From assembly GCA_965217865.1 (NCBI GenBank), contig CBDCJO010000002.1, positions 1,248,001 to 1,312,000 of the forward strand: DNA of 64,000 nucleotides. The letters are read 5' to 3'. Both the position numbers and the translations under genes were made by a program. This DNA is from Candidatus Latescibacterota bacterium (GTDB lineage: Bacteria; Latescibacterota; UBA2968; SICM01). Shown piece by piece: positions 1 through 10,800 of this stretch (position 1 is its first letter; each line of letters starts with the position of its first letter). The notes below the pieces were generated by a model. The model did no database searches, had not been told where the DNA came from, and saw nothing but the letters and a program-made list of their open reading frames with translations.

Positions 1-120
1 CCGGGTTCGAATCCATTCATCGGACGTATCCACCTTCTTCTCAAGGTCGGAATTCGTCAACCGCCGCTCGGGCAGATATTTTGCGACGGCTGTGACCGCC
101 GCATTGAATCGACCGGCCAT
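1..120 (-). CDS. fabH: 3-oxoacyl-ACP synthase III, N-terminal part (runs off the window edge)
   Basis: Manual translation from ATG at 120 gives [40 protein letters not shown], the classic FabH N-terminus (YLP..LTN.DL...DTSDEWI..R); lies downstream of rpmF. Confidence 0.9.
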   Translation of the reverse strand, partial: MAGRFNAAVTAVAKYLPERRLTNSDLEKKVDTSDEWIRTR

Positions 121-125
121 GAGGC

Positions 126-308
126 TTATGTTTCACGAGGTCGAATGATTTCGCGGCCCTTGTAATAGCCGCAGTTCGGACAAACCCGATGGCCGAGCTT
201 GGGTCGCTTGCAGTTAGAACAGAGGGAAAGCGACGGCGCCTTCGCCTTCCAGTGCGTCCGGCGCTTCCGGGTGCGGGTATTCGAATGTCTTCGTTTCGGG
301 TTGGGCAC
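126..308 (-). CDS. rpmF: 50S ribosomal protein L32 (zinc-ribbon form)
   Basis: [24 protein letters not shown]...[13 protein letters not shown]; follows yceD. Confidence 0.97.
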   Translation of the reverse strand: MPNPKRRHSNTRTRKRRTHWKAKAPSLSLCSNCKRPKLGHRVCPNCGYYKGREIIRPRET

Positions 309-372
309 GGTTTGGCTCCACGGTGATTCGATCAGGAAAACGATAGTTTTTTTGCCCTTATGCTCTTCCGTT

Positions 373-906
373 TTATGATTCTTGTTCCTCCTTAAATTTC
401 CTCAAAGCATCCCACCTTGGGTCGACCTCCTCTCTAATGCAGGAACAGGACTCGCTGTTCCGATTGGCTCCGCACACGGGGCAAAGACCGGGACACGATT
501 CAGAACAAAGCGGCTTCACCGGGGTTTCGAGGATTATGGCATCCCGGATTTGAGGTGAGATGTCCACCGAGACGGCGTTCTCCTCGTAGGGGATCACATC
601 GGTGTCTCCCGCCTCCTCCAGATCGTCAAGTGTCTCCTTTGTCCCTTTTTGAAAAATCAGGTCCACGGCCGTCTCCACGTCGCGATGAATGGGTTCTAGG
701 CATCGGCAACATGCCAGCCTTAGGTGGAAGGCGATTTCGCCGTGGGCAACGAGGGAACCACCTGTCTTGATCAGGTTTAGGATGACCTTCGTAGGGCCAT
801 CCAGGCCAAGATCCTCTTCTGAGAGGTCCAGTTCCGAAGAGGAAGGCGTCCATTCGATCTTGTTTGTTCCCTCCGTCAGGCGCCGAAGTTCGATTTCAAG
901 GCTCAT
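373..906 (-). CDS. yceD: DUF177/YceD family metal-binding protein
   Basis: CxRCL, PxKPLCSESCPGLCPVCG, DPRWDAL motifs; canonical position upstream of rpmF. Confidence 0.93.
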   Translation of the reverse strand: MSLEIELRRLTEGTNKIEWTPSSSELDLSEEDLGLDGPTKVILNLIKTGGSLVAHGEIAFHLRLACCRCLEPIHRDVETAVDLIFQKGTKETLDDLEEAGDTDVIPYEENAVSVDISPQIRDAIILETPVKPLCSESCPGLCPVCGANRNSESCSCIREEVDPRWDALRKFKEEQES

Positions 907-955
907 CGTCTAGACTGAATTCGCGTACGTCCGATAGGTCCGTGTTTTTTGTACG

Positions 956-1372
956 TTATCGGGCCGATGCCTCCGACCCAAAAAAGAAAGCAATCTCTTT
1001 TTGCGCATTTTCGGGTGAATCGGATGCGTGGACTGCATTTTTCTGAACGCTAACGGCCATGTCCTTTCGGATGGTTCCGGGTTCGGCCTTGGCCAGATCT
1101 GTGTTACCGATCACCTGGCGCAGATAAGATACGGCATCGTCCCGCTCAAGGACAACGGGGACGACTCTGTCGGAGGTCATGAAATCCAGGAGGTCGCGGT
1201 AGAAAGGCCGTTCTGTATGGACAGCATAAAACTCGCCTGCCTGCGATCGGGAGAGCCGGATCATCTTCATCTCCACCACCTGAAACCCCTCCGATTCGAC
1301 CCTTCGGATGATCTCACCCACCAGGTTTCTGGAGACCGCATCCGGTTTGATGATCATCAAGGTGCGTGTCAT
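956..1372 (-). CDS. ndk: Nucleoside-diphosphate kinase
   Basis: RTLMIIKPDAV, PGTIR, NAVHASDS catalytic His motif; start moved to ATG 1372. Confidence 0.96.
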   Translation of the reverse strand: MTRTLMIIKPDAVSRNLVGEIIRRVESEGFQVVEMKMIRLSRSQAGEFYAVHTERPFYRDLLDFMTSDRVVPVVLERDDAVSYLRQVIGNTDLAKAEPGTIRKDMAVSVQKNAVHASDSPENAQKEIAFFFGSEASAR

Positions 1373-1430
1373 GAAGGCGAGACCCATCCCTCTAATCTTG
1401 CTCGTTCCAAAAACGGTGGTAAAGATAAGT

Positions 1431-1459
1431 ATAATAGAGTATTTCTTCAAGATTGTCAA
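1431..1459 (-). promoter_or_regulatory. sigma70-type promoter for ndk
   Basis: Minus strand TTGACA-17 nt-TATTAT about 60 nt upstream of the ndk start. Confidence 0.6.
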
Positions 1460-1476
1460 TCAGATTTTGGCCGCTC

Positions 1477-2997
1477 CTACGCTTCTGATCCAAACAGTTC
1501 TGCGAACATGAAAAAGTCGTCCAGGTCGATGACATCGTCTCCGTCAAGGTCAAAAAGGAGGTTGAAACCCTCCTGCCCGGATGCCAGCCCGAACCCATCC
1601 GCAAACAGAAAAAAATCGTCGAGATCCACTCTGCCATCCCCATCAAAATCCGAGCGGGAGGCCGAAGAAGGCTCGAAGGGGTCCGCTGAGATGAAGAAAG
1701 AGCCCTCTTCTGCCCCCCCTCCGGTCCGGGCGACAACCGCGACCACACGATCGGCCTGAACCGTCCGGATCTCCCCTTTCCGTGCAGTCAAGGCCATTTT
1801 AAGCACGAAGGGAGATCCAGATCGAATCGATACGACGTGAACCCGGAAGCTATCTTGTACCCCGCCTTCGAATCCGATCCGGAGTCCCTCTTGACCTCCG
1901 AAGTCGAAGTAACGCGCAGCCCAGAGTTCGACCTGCCGGAGGGAGGACCCCATCGGAAATTGCGTGACCGTCTCCGCGGACAGGTCGGAGATCTGAAATT
2001 CCGAATATCCAAACCGTCCGGTCGTGTCCAGGAGATTTGCCACGGTCCAGTCTGCGAATACCCCCTCGAAGGTGGATGCCCCCTGGATCTCCGAGAGGGC
2101 CGATTCGAATCCTTCGATCCCGTGTATCGGGTTCTGTACCAGGTTATGTATGGCGGACAAACCGTAGCGGTCTGCGAAATAAGAGACGAACAGGAACGCT
2201 TTTTCGTCCTCGAGAGGCCGACGGTCATCCTGCCAGCCGGTCAGATCGATATTTGTAAATTCCAGAAAAGTGGATGCGACGTCGATCGTATCCGTGTATC
2301 CGTTCAGGAGTTCTGAATATCCGGCGCACCCCTCATCGACCCATATCGCCTCCGTCGGATCGGCGTTCCAGTGGATCATGTGCTGAAGTTCGTGGGCCAG
2401 CGTAGAACGGGCAAGCCGACTGTCGATGTCGAGGGGGCGATCATCGATATAGATAATCTCACGGCCTATGGGAGCGGATTGATTCTCGATATCGAAATAA
2501 CCTGAGAAAAAGTTGCCCGTCGTCGCGTGGTCGTCTACGATATCAAGAACGAGGATCAAGATCTTGGGATCCCCGTCCACGTCCGGAGGAGGGCCAAAGG
2601 TCTCGGTGTTGAGCTGGTGGATCCCCTTCGAGGGGTCGGCCGACGAAGCGCGATCAAAGGCATCGGCCAGGCGATCGACCTCGGGGAAATGAACCCGATT
2701 TCCCCATTCCTCATCCTGTACGAACACGTAGCAATGCACTCCGACGAACTGGCAGGTGGCCGTTAAGGTATAACGGTCGAATGTGGAGAAGTTTAAGGCA
2801 CGAAAACTCAGCGTGTCACCCACGACGAATGGCAGGATCTGGGATCGGACGGACGTTTTGAGAGATCGCGTAATTTGGGAATGGGATAGGGAAAGGGACC
2901 CGCACATCGCTGGGGGTTCGAGCCCGTCCAAAGGGAGGGGGAGGACGGCGTATGCGAGTATGAAAAGGAAGATGTTGAACGTCCGTACTCGGATCAT
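1477..2997 (-). CDS. Secreted zinc metallopeptidase (M30/hyicolysin-like) with C-terminal dockerin/EF-hand-like domain
   Basis: Signal peptide, TLAHELQHMIH zinc motif, WVDEG third ligand, duplicated DFDGDGRVDLDDFFLFA / DLDGDDVIDLDDFFMFA at the C-terminus. Confidence 0.75.
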   Translation of the reverse strand: MIRVRTFNIFLFILAYAVLPLPLDGLEPPAMCGSLSLSHSQITRSLKTSVRSQILPFVVGDTLSFRALNFSTFDRYTLTATCQFVGVHCYVFVQDEEWGNRVHFPEVDRLADAFDRASSADPSKGIHQLNTETFGPPPDVDGDPKILILVLDIVDDHATTGNFFSGYFDIENQSAPIGREIIYIDDRPLDIDSRLARSTLAHELQHMIHWNADPTEAIWVDEGCAGYSELLNGYTDTIDVASTFLEFTNIDLTGWQDDRRPLEDEKAFLFVSYFADRYGLSAIHNLVQNPIHGIEGFESALSEIQGASTFEGVFADWTVANLLDTTGRFGYSEFQISDLSAETVTQFPMGSSLRQVELWAARYFDFGGQEGLRIGFEGGVQDSFRVHVVSIRSGSPFVLKMALTARKGEIRTVQADRVVAVVARTGGGAEEGSFFISADPFEPSSASRSDFDGDGRVDLDDFFLFADGFGLASGQEGFNLLFDLDGDDVIDLDDFFMFAELFGSEA

Positions 2998-3006
2998 GGC
3001 CGAACT

Positions 3007-3858
3007 TCAAAACCTCCGCGTCATCGCCATCACCCACCCTCCCCTGGGGTTGGGGAGGAGCACCACACCCGAGGCGTCCGGGGGAGCGGACCCGCTTCGT
3101 GCGGCCGATGCGGCGTGGATCGCCCCGATGAATCGGTTCAGAACAAGGCCTCCGACAAACAAAAGGGCATTCCTTCGGGCGGAAGTGCTGGCGCTACGGA
3201 GTTTCTGAAACCTTATCCGGGAAGCCTCTGAATCCCATTCCCACACGTTCTCCGGTGTTTCAGAGAGCTGGTCAGCGTCGGGGCCATCCAGGAACCTGGC
3301 GACACTGTTCCGGATGTAGATACTCATATACGACGCGACCTCGTCGAAATATCGCTCCCCTTTATTTTCGACCCGGACACCGGCGTGCGCTGCTGAAAAT
3401 CCCTTGAAGGATTTGTCTCGGGCCCCGGCAAGAAGCCTGAATCCGATTTGACCCACCCAGAGCGCCCCTTCCGTGAAGAGAAAAAATCGGGCGGATGTTC
3501 CCCTTCCCGCATAAGCCTGCCCCGCGCCCGGGACGGCCAGGGACAGGAGGGCGGCCATTCCAGAGGACCTGCCGTCACCCCGGGACCGGGCGGTGTCCGA
3601 GACCGTTCTCCCGGGACGGTCCTCACCGTCTCCCGTTACCTTTTCCATCTTATTGGCCTGCCTGATCGATTTCGGAACGGTTTTTTCAAGAGTCCTTTCC
3701 GACCCTTGAATCGATCCCCATGGAGGATAGGTTCCAGGAAGGGGGGAGAAGGGAACCGATGATGACCCCGGTTGACGAAGCCTGTCCGGATCGGACCTTG
3801 CAACCGATGAGGTGGCCAGAATGGCCAAGCCCGTGAAAAAATACAAGCGAAGGGTCAC
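3007..3858 (-). CDS. Hypothetical membrane/outer-membrane protein, paralogue of the upstream gene
   Basis: LSLAVPGAGQAYAG motif with hydrophobic segments and C-terminal Phe; GTG start at 3858 is a guess (ORF open to 3954). Confidence 0.6.
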   Translation of the reverse strand: MTLRLYFFTGLAILATSSVARSDPDRLRQPGSSSVPFSPLPGTYPPWGSIQGSERTLEKTVPKSIRQANKMEKVTGDGEDRPGRTVSDTARSRGDGRSSGMAALLSLAVPGAGQAYAGRGTSARFFLFTEGALWVGQIGFRLLAGARDKSFKGFSAAHAGVRVENKGERYFDEVASYMSIYIRNSVARFLDGPDADQLSETPENVWEWDSEASRIRFQKLRSASTSARRNALLFVGGLVLNRFIGAIHAASAARSGSAPPDASGVVLLPNPRGGWVMAMTRRF

Positions 3859-3878
3859 TCGATATCCTATTGAGATGA

Positions 3879-4652
3879 TTAAAACCCGAGGTTGACCCGG
3901 AACGCAGGAACCGGGTCGGCCCCCCCCCCTCCGATCAACGCTGTGTCCACCCATAACCGTGCCCCAAGCCCCCTTGCGTGAATCGAGGCATCTATGGCGC
4001 TGACGACGTGATTGAAGACAACCAGGCCCAGGATCCGTGAAGAGCGTTTGAAATATCGGTTGCTTCGATTTCGTTCGGTTTCATAGTTAAGCCTGTTCGC
4101 AGAGAGAACCTGGCCGGGATCCACGTCATACGGGATTTCTTGGCCTACGCGTCCCTCCGGGTCTTTTCCATCGTCCCAGCCGAAGACGAACTGATTGTAC
4201 TTTCCGATCAATTCATAGTATTGTTGGATATCCTCCTGTTTGGAGGGAAGGGTTTCCGCCCGCACGTAATTCGCCGACAGGGGATCGTTATCCCAATCAC
4301 GGAATCTGCTTTCGTCCCAGTGGCGATCTGCGAAGGACCGGAAATCGCGTTCTATCGATTGTCCATTGTTGGACCAGTGGGCATAGGTGATCCAGGTGCC
4401 GACCTCAACCGCCAAAAAGGCGGCCCCCCGTTTCTCCGCGCCGTAATAGAGCTCTCCGAGCCCGGGGAGAATCAGGGACATCGCGAAGGCGATCTTGGAC
4501 GATTTATCGATGGCTTCTACTTTTGATGGCTCTTTGCCGCCCTCATTCGGACCCTCAGCGAGTGCTTGAGAAGCGAAAGGACCAGCGACTGCCGCAGCCA
4601 TCGCCAGGTGCATGACGAAGACGTGTCTCACTGTTACCTCATACCTATCCAT
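3879..4652 (-). CDS. Hypothetical membrane/outer-membrane protein
   Basis: SLILPGLGELYYG, QQYYELIGKYNQFVFGWDD, NHVVSAIDA; C-terminal Phe; start uncertain. Confidence 0.65.
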   Translation of the reverse strand: MDRYEVTVRHVFVMHLAMAAAVAGPFASQALAEGPNEGGKEPSKVEAIDKSSKIAFAMSLILPGLGELYYGAEKRGAAFLAVEVGTWITYAHWSNNGQSIERDFRSFADRHWDESRFRDWDNDPLSANYVRAETLPSKQEDIQQYYELIGKYNQFVFGWDDGKDPEGRVGQEIPYDVDPGQVLSANRLNYETERNRSNRYFKRSSRILGLVVFNHVVSAIDASIHARGLGARLWVDTALIGGGGADPVPAFRVNLGF

Positions 4653-4747
4653 TGAGATAGACAAGAAAAGCGGTTCGGCTTGAAAGAAAATTCGGATCCG
4701 GGATCCTGGAGCCCCGGCAAACAACCCCCGTCTCCCTATCCTTCGGT

Positions 4748-7700
4748 TTAAAGATACCCGAAAAGAAGCGAGAAGTAAAACTTAAGGCCGGAGCGCAGCT
4801 CAGGGTCCCCTGCTGATTGAAGGGGAACGGTATCGAGCCCGTAAGCCGCATCCACACTGAAGCGGGTTGGGAAGATGTGAAACGAGACGGCGTCGAACCG
4901 GATCTGGGCCCCCAGATCTTTCTTGACCCCCCGTTTCAGGATACGATCCATCCCGTCCCCATCCCAGGCCCGACCCAAATCCGCATACAGGGCCCCATAG
5001 ATTTTGTCCAGGAAGATCGGGCCCGCTTGTCGCTTGATGCTGGGAAACAGCGGAAATCGGTAGGTCGCATTCAGAAAGGCGACCCGTCGTCCTTCCAGGC
5101 TGTAGTAGGTATAACCCTTCATGCCGGGAAGTCCGCCTATCCGTAGGGAAAAGAAAGGGTCGACTTTTCGATCCACCATGCCCCCGAACAGATTGAAGGC
5201 AACCGTGCTCCGCCCCAGAACCGGAAGATATTCATGCCAATCGAGTAAAACCTGGCCGTAGATATACCGGTCGTAGATCTCCTGTACGATCGAAGCGTCG
5301 TCCCTGAATCCCTTTAGAAAATAGTTAAAGAAACGATCGTAACGGAAGAATACCTCGCGGCCTCCTCGCGGGTTGATGTCGGTATCCCGCCTCCTCGGGA
5401 TACTTTGGTGTCGATAGGTAAAGGCCATGTCGAGGCCGCTCAGGTAGTTCGCCGTGACCCTACCCCTCGGCACATCGATCCGATTGAAGCTCGACTGATC
5501 TATCGTGGTGTTATAACGACTGTAGATCGCGGCCCCGGATGCTGTTCCCCCCTTGAATTTTCCCCTCAATCCCAGTCCAATCTCATTGAGGGCGAATATC
5601 CGCTCATAGAGCCGAAAGTCCTCATCACGATTGACGATCTGCTCATCTTGGTGTCTCACTTGACGGTAATATTCCAGATAGAAAGTAGGCCGGAATTGCC
5701 TTAATTCGAAGATCCCGAACAGGTCCTGGTCGAAGTTACGGCCCAGGAGGACACCGGCAAACAATGATTGTTTGCCCAGAATGTCATCCGAAGCGAAGAA
5801 GGACCCGACCTTCGGTATCCCATCGTCGATCGCGACTCTAGGGAGGAGGGTGAGGGCCGAAAATTCGTTTCGGTACGGCCTGGATGGGATCTGGATCTCC
5901 TCTCCGGAGGAAACCGGAGGGACCGAAGCGGTAAAGTTCTGGTCAGATTCCTCAATCTGGTTCGATGTCCCTGAGCCGGCCGTTGCATCCGCGCCAATCT
6001 CCCCTTGGGGGTTCTTGATCGGGTCGGGAGGAATTGGGAGATTGAACAAGCCCGGATCGACTGAACGCCAGGATCGGACATCCGGCAGGATGCGAATTTC
6101 GTATCCGTTGTGTCCGTAATGCGAGAATGCAATCCGACCGTCCTGGGAATTTACGTCCGGGAAGAGAGCCCCACCCAATACGTTTGTAACCTGGGTGATC
6201 GTACCGTCTTCAAAGTCAAAGGCATAGATGTTGAATATACCCGTGACATCCGAGCAGAAGAAAAGCCTTCTCCCGTCGAGCGACCAGCAAGGATCCCGGT
6301 CTGTCCCTTCCGAACGAATCAGGATTTCACCACGCCCCCCCTCCGGGGACATCACGCCGATATCCCGACGCTTCCCGTCCGATTGGGAGTACGCGATTCT
6401 TCGTCCATCCGGGGACCACCGTGGGGTATAGATCTGAGTGCCCCCCCGGTTGATGGAAAGGGCTTTCCCGTCCGTCCCGTCCGACCTGGATAACCAGAGA
6501 TCGGAATTCCCCCGCGCGTTCTTGACAAAAGCGATCCACTCCCCGTCAGGGGAGATGTCGGGTTGGGTTGCGCGAAGTCCGTGCGTCAGGCGGCGAGCCT
6601 CTTTTCCATCCGGGGCGATCTCGTAAAGATCCCAGTATCGGGATCCGTTCCGGTCGGGGTCGCTTCTTTTTGAAAAGACAATAGCCTTCCCGTCAGGACG
6701 CCACGTCGCAGAGGTGACTGCGCCGCCGGGGAGTCGTTCGTCGGGTCCTTCGGACGATACGTTCAGATAGAGGCCCAATCGGCCATAATCCCCCCCCTTG
6801 TTCGAGAGGTAGATAAGACGGTTCCCCTTCGGGGACCAGCGGGGGATAATGTTCAGATACCCATCCGCTCGAAAACCAACGCCGTCGATCCGGGACACGT
6901 TCACGGAGTCCGCAACCGCACCGTATTTCGCTTTGAGGTCGGCCTTCCAACGATCGTGGAGTTCCACCCCGGAGATACCCAGAGCCCGCTGGATGGCCGA
7001 TGAGAAATTGAAACGCCACCACGATGACATCCCCCTCGTGATCTTTTCAATCTTGTCTTCTCCGAACTCACGGGCGATGTATCGGGTCAGAGAATAACCG
7101 TGGTCGTAAACTTTCTCGTTTCCCAGGCCATTTTTTTCGAAGACCCCCATCTCGTCGTAGGAAAGCAGTTTGTCGTGGAGGGTCGCCATACGGAGAATCA
7201 TGTCCCGATGGGAATCCCACCGGTCGAATTTCGCACCTGAGGCCTGGTACTGCGCGACACCTTCGGCAAACCACGGGGGGCAGACGACCGACGGAACGGC
7301 GTATGAAGTGATGACGTCCGGGAAGCCCTGAAGGATGTCCTTTCTGTTTTCCTCCTGTTGATAGCCCAGATAGTGGAAGTAGAATCCCGGGATGCGGGCC
7401 GGGGCCTTCTGTGCGACCTGGAGGGAAACCACGTGGGTGTACTCGTGGGTGATCACATTTCTGAGCCAATCGCTCGTCCCTCGAAGCTCGAACTCAAGGG
7501 CTAGGTTCGTGGTCCAGATCTCGATCGTATTTTGATAATACAGGGCGACGCCGTTGGCAAAGTCATCCGTATCCCGAAGGATAATTCGGACCTTTTCCGG
7601 GGGCACATGCCGATATAAAGAGGTGATCGGCCCAAATGCCGCTTCGGCAACCTCGGCCGCACGACGAGCGATCTCCTCCAACTCGCGGTCATAATAGATC

Positions 7701-7855
7701 TTAAAATGGGGGGTCTCAACCACCTGCCAGGATAGTTCCGGATGATTGGCCGACAGGGGATACTGTCCGGATGCAGGCCCGGGGGAATGGAACCAAAGGA
7801 TGGCCAGGAGGCAAACGACCCTCAGAAAGTCCTTATTTAACCGCTGCTTTGACAA
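4748..7855 (-). CDS. Gluzincin (peptidase MA-like) + PD40/TolB propeller + C-terminal beta-barrel protein
   Basis: VITHEYTH and WFAEGVAQY; repeated P.WSPDG motifs; barrel-like alternating C-terminal strands ending FSLLFGYL; TTG start at 7855 follows GAGGTG. Confidence 0.75.
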   Translation of the reverse strand: MSKQRLNKDFLRVVCLLAILWFHSPGPASGQYPLSANHPELSWQVVETPHFKIYYDRELEEIARRAAEVAEAAFGPITSLYRHVPPEKVRIILRDTDDFANGVALYYQNTIEIWTTNLALEFELRGTSDWLRNVITHEYTHVVSLQVAQKAPARIPGFYFHYLGYQQEENRKDILQGFPDVITSYAVPSVVCPPWFAEGVAQYQASGAKFDRWDSHRDMILRMATLHDKLLSYDEMGVFEKNGLGNEKVYDHGYSLTRYIAREFGEDKIEKITRGMSSWWRFNFSSAIQRALGISGVELHDRWKADLKAKYGAVADSVNVSRIDGVGFRADGYLNIIPRWSPKGNRLIYLSNKGGDYGRLGLYLNVSSEGPDERLPGGAVTSATWRPDGKAIVFSKRSDPDRNGSRYWDLYEIAPDGKEARRLTHGLRATQPDISPDGEWIAFVKNARGNSDLWLSRSDGTDGKALSINRGGTQIYTPRWSPDGRRIAYSQSDGKRRDIGVMSPEGGRGEILIRSEGTDRDPCWSLDGRRLFFCSDVTGIFNIYAFDFEDGTITQVTNVLGGALFPDVNSQDGRIAFSHYGHNGYEIRILPDVRSWRSVDPGLFNLPIPPDPIKNPQGEIGADATAGSGTSNQIEESDQNFTASVPPVSSGEEIQIPSRPYRNEFSALTLLPRVAIDDGIPKVGSFFASDDILGKQSLFAGVLLGRNFDQDLFGIFELRQFRPTFYLEYYRQVRHQDEQIVNRDEDFRLYERIFALNEIGLGLRGKFKGGTASGAAIYSRYNTTIDQSSFNRIDVPRGRVTANYLSGLDMAFTYRHQSIPRRRDTDINPRGGREVFFRYDRFFNYFLKGFRDDASIVQEIYDRYIYGQVLLDWHEYLPVLGRSTVAFNLFGGMVDRKVDPFFSLRIGGLPGMKGYTYYSLEGRRVAFLNATYRFPLFPSIKRQAGPIFLDKIYGALYADLGRAWDGDGMDRILKRGVKKDLGAQIRFDAVSFHIFPTRFSVDAAYGLDTVPLQSAGDPELRSGLKFYFSLLFGYL

Positions 7856-10800
7856 ATCGCACCTCTTTTTGTCCACCGCGATCAGTGGCCTCAACACGAC
7901 AGATATAGAGTCCTGTGGCATAGCCTGAAGTGTCCCATACGATCTCGTTATCGGTCCCCGGCAACGGGTTTGCCAGGCTCATGGACCCGACGAGATCCGC
8001 GGATGTGTTAAATATCTTGACTTCAATCCTGGCTTCCCGCCCCAGGAAAAACCGCAATCGGGCGCCGCCGCCTACGATCGGATTCGGATAACAATAGACC
8101 CGTTCGGCCGGCAGGAACGAATCAGAAGGCCCTGGCCCTGGAGCTTGCTGTGTCAATGCCGAATTCCGGTTCCCGGGGCCTCCCCCTTCCTGGCCCCATT
8201 GGACCGACTCTCCGTTGAGATCCTCATCCAGGCGAATAAGATCCCACAGGCTGATGCCACCGGGCGAAGTAACTGCGATCAGGTCAAGGCCTCCATCCCC
8301 CTCCAGGTCTTCCAAAAGCGGAGAGGCAACAATAGGTCCCAGGGTCGCCAGCGGGAAACCGGGTAAGGGGTTCCCGTCACCGCGAAGTCCATAGAGATAA
8401 CCACCGGCCGAAAAAACCAGGTCGGGCCTTCCGTCCTTGTCCAAGTCACCGATCACAGGCGGCGCCATAATCTCTGTGGCGCGGTCTTTAACCGGAAGGT
8501 TGAAGGGACTGCCCACCTGAGCGACACCGTTGTGTCTCAAGATCTGAAGACCGGATCCCCCGGATGCCACCTCCAGAAACCCATCGCCGTCCACGTCGGC
8601 CACCGCGGCCCCGGAGCGAAATCCCCCGCCGCTGTTGGTAGGGACGACCCGTCCCTGACGGAGGTAAAAAACCTCACCGCCATCTGTGATGACGACCACT
8701 TCTGCGGCCTTGTCCCCGTCAAGATCCCCCAGAACCGGAGGCAGGGACACACGTCCCGGGATGCGGTCGATTATTCGGGACCCATCCGACCCCACCCGAT
8801 AGACCCCGCCTTCCGATCCGATCAGGACCACTTCTGGCGTTCCGTCCCCATCCAGATCCCCGACTGCAAGGCCGGCGACAGAGGATTCGGCCACGGGTTC
8901 ATCCAATCCGGTCACACGCCCGTTTTGTCCTTGTAAAGAGATCAGTTCACCCCCTCCCCCCCCCAGCAGCACGCTCGATCCCAGACCCAGGTCGGCTATG
9001 GTCGGAGGGGTTGAAGGTGGCCGATCAAGGCGAACCGACCACAAAAGCCCCTTCCCGGATCGGGCGGTGATCAGGCCGGAGGATCCAGCCGTAACTAGGT
9101 CTTGGGTCCCATCCCCGTCTAGGTCTCCTACCGCTGGGGTAAATATCGTCGAGTCCCCTGTCTCCACCCAAAGGCCTTGAGGGTCGGCACCGAACGGCTG
9201 ACCGTCGGCGCGGAAGGCCAAAAGGAGACCGTCAAGGGTGGTGGCTACGACCTCCTTGATCCCGTCCCCGTCCAGGTCGATGACCCGGGCGGCGTTCCGC
9301 CCGAATGCCGGGAGGCCCGTAACGGGCCATCTTCCCCCGGTTCGTTCGAACGATACGGAGACCGCCATGGTATCTCCGGGGGGACTCTGCACGGTGATTT
9401 GGATGCCCGTGTGATAACCCGCATTGCTTCGAGAGTCCGGGATGGTCGTCGGGCCGAAAGATATGCCTTTCCCTCCAACGTAAAAGGGGTCATCGGGCCC
9501 CCCCTCGATCTGGTCCACCCGGTCAAAAGGGACAAAGATGTTTCCGATGTCGAAATATCCGTCCGCCTCCACCAACCTCAACCCGCGACGATGGGGGTCG
9601 TCGTTGACGCCTCGGTCCTGGTCCGCCCCGCGGATAACCGACTCATCTACGTGCCAAATCAAAAGACCCGACCCCGGGATGAATGCGTCGTAGTGCTCTC
9701 TCGAAACCCATACACCTCCCGAATCGCCTCTCGAGAAGACCACGGTCGGGGTCTCTCCCGGCATCAGGCGGGATTCCCGATTTTCGAGGAGGAAATATTC
9801 ATCTGAAGTGATCGGGACTTTCACGACACGGGGAAGGCCTGTCCGGATATCCGCAGCCCCAATCTCGATCGTCGTGTCACGGCTAACCGTCAAGGGTGAA
9901 ATCCAACCCAGACGGACCCTGGACCACGCCTCGGGAAAAACAGGTGCGAAACCGACCAATCCGGTGCCGTCACGAAGAAATCCCGGAAGTCGCTCTGCAA
10001 TCTCCTTCCCGATAATTCGATTGGAGCCGACATCCATCAGGCTCCATCCCCCGGCCGCAGGAAGATCGTCCTTGAAATTGGACAGGCCTGGAAGGCCGAG
10101 TTGGCTCCCGAAGAACCGCGCCAGCGTGCCGTTGAGCCCACCCCGACCATCGGTGCTAATGGCTTCCGGCAGGAGCATGCCGTTGGCGACCAGGTGGCTC
10201 CCGTTTTGTACCGGGATCGCACCTCCCAAGTGGCTTTGGAGGTCGTTTTCGTCCACAAACGCAGAAGCCACATCGTTAAAAGTCCTTCCTGACCGCGCCT
10301 CTGCACCGATTCCGGCGTGAAATACGATATACGAACGAAATCCCGAAAAATCCAGCTCTCCCTTCTCAGTCGAGTCCGCTGCCACAATCCCATCCCGGAA
10401 AAGCTCCGTGATCCGTGAGGCAATTTCATCACTTGTCCTTCCGCTCCCATAACTTAATAGCGTTCGGGGGAGTCGATAGCTCTCGTTGAGGTCTTTCGGC
10501 CAGACCTCATATGTGATCTCCACCTGTCCGTCCGAGACTGTCCGGTAGTAGTCGGCCAGCGCGGTCAGGTGTGCTTCAAAATATGCCCCGTCATGAGGAG
10601 GTGTGTCGTAGAGGAACCGGTAATCGGGTCGGGCGGTTTCCAAAGGACGCTTGTCAAATGTCCCGTCGCCCGAAGTGGTAGGATTGTCTGGGTTTTCCTG
10701 GGGGAATGATACGCGAATGGCCAGAATACGCCACTGATCCGCCGCTGATGAGCGCTCGGCTGTCAGGTGGAACACGATGGGGAGAAGGAGGAGATGAAGC

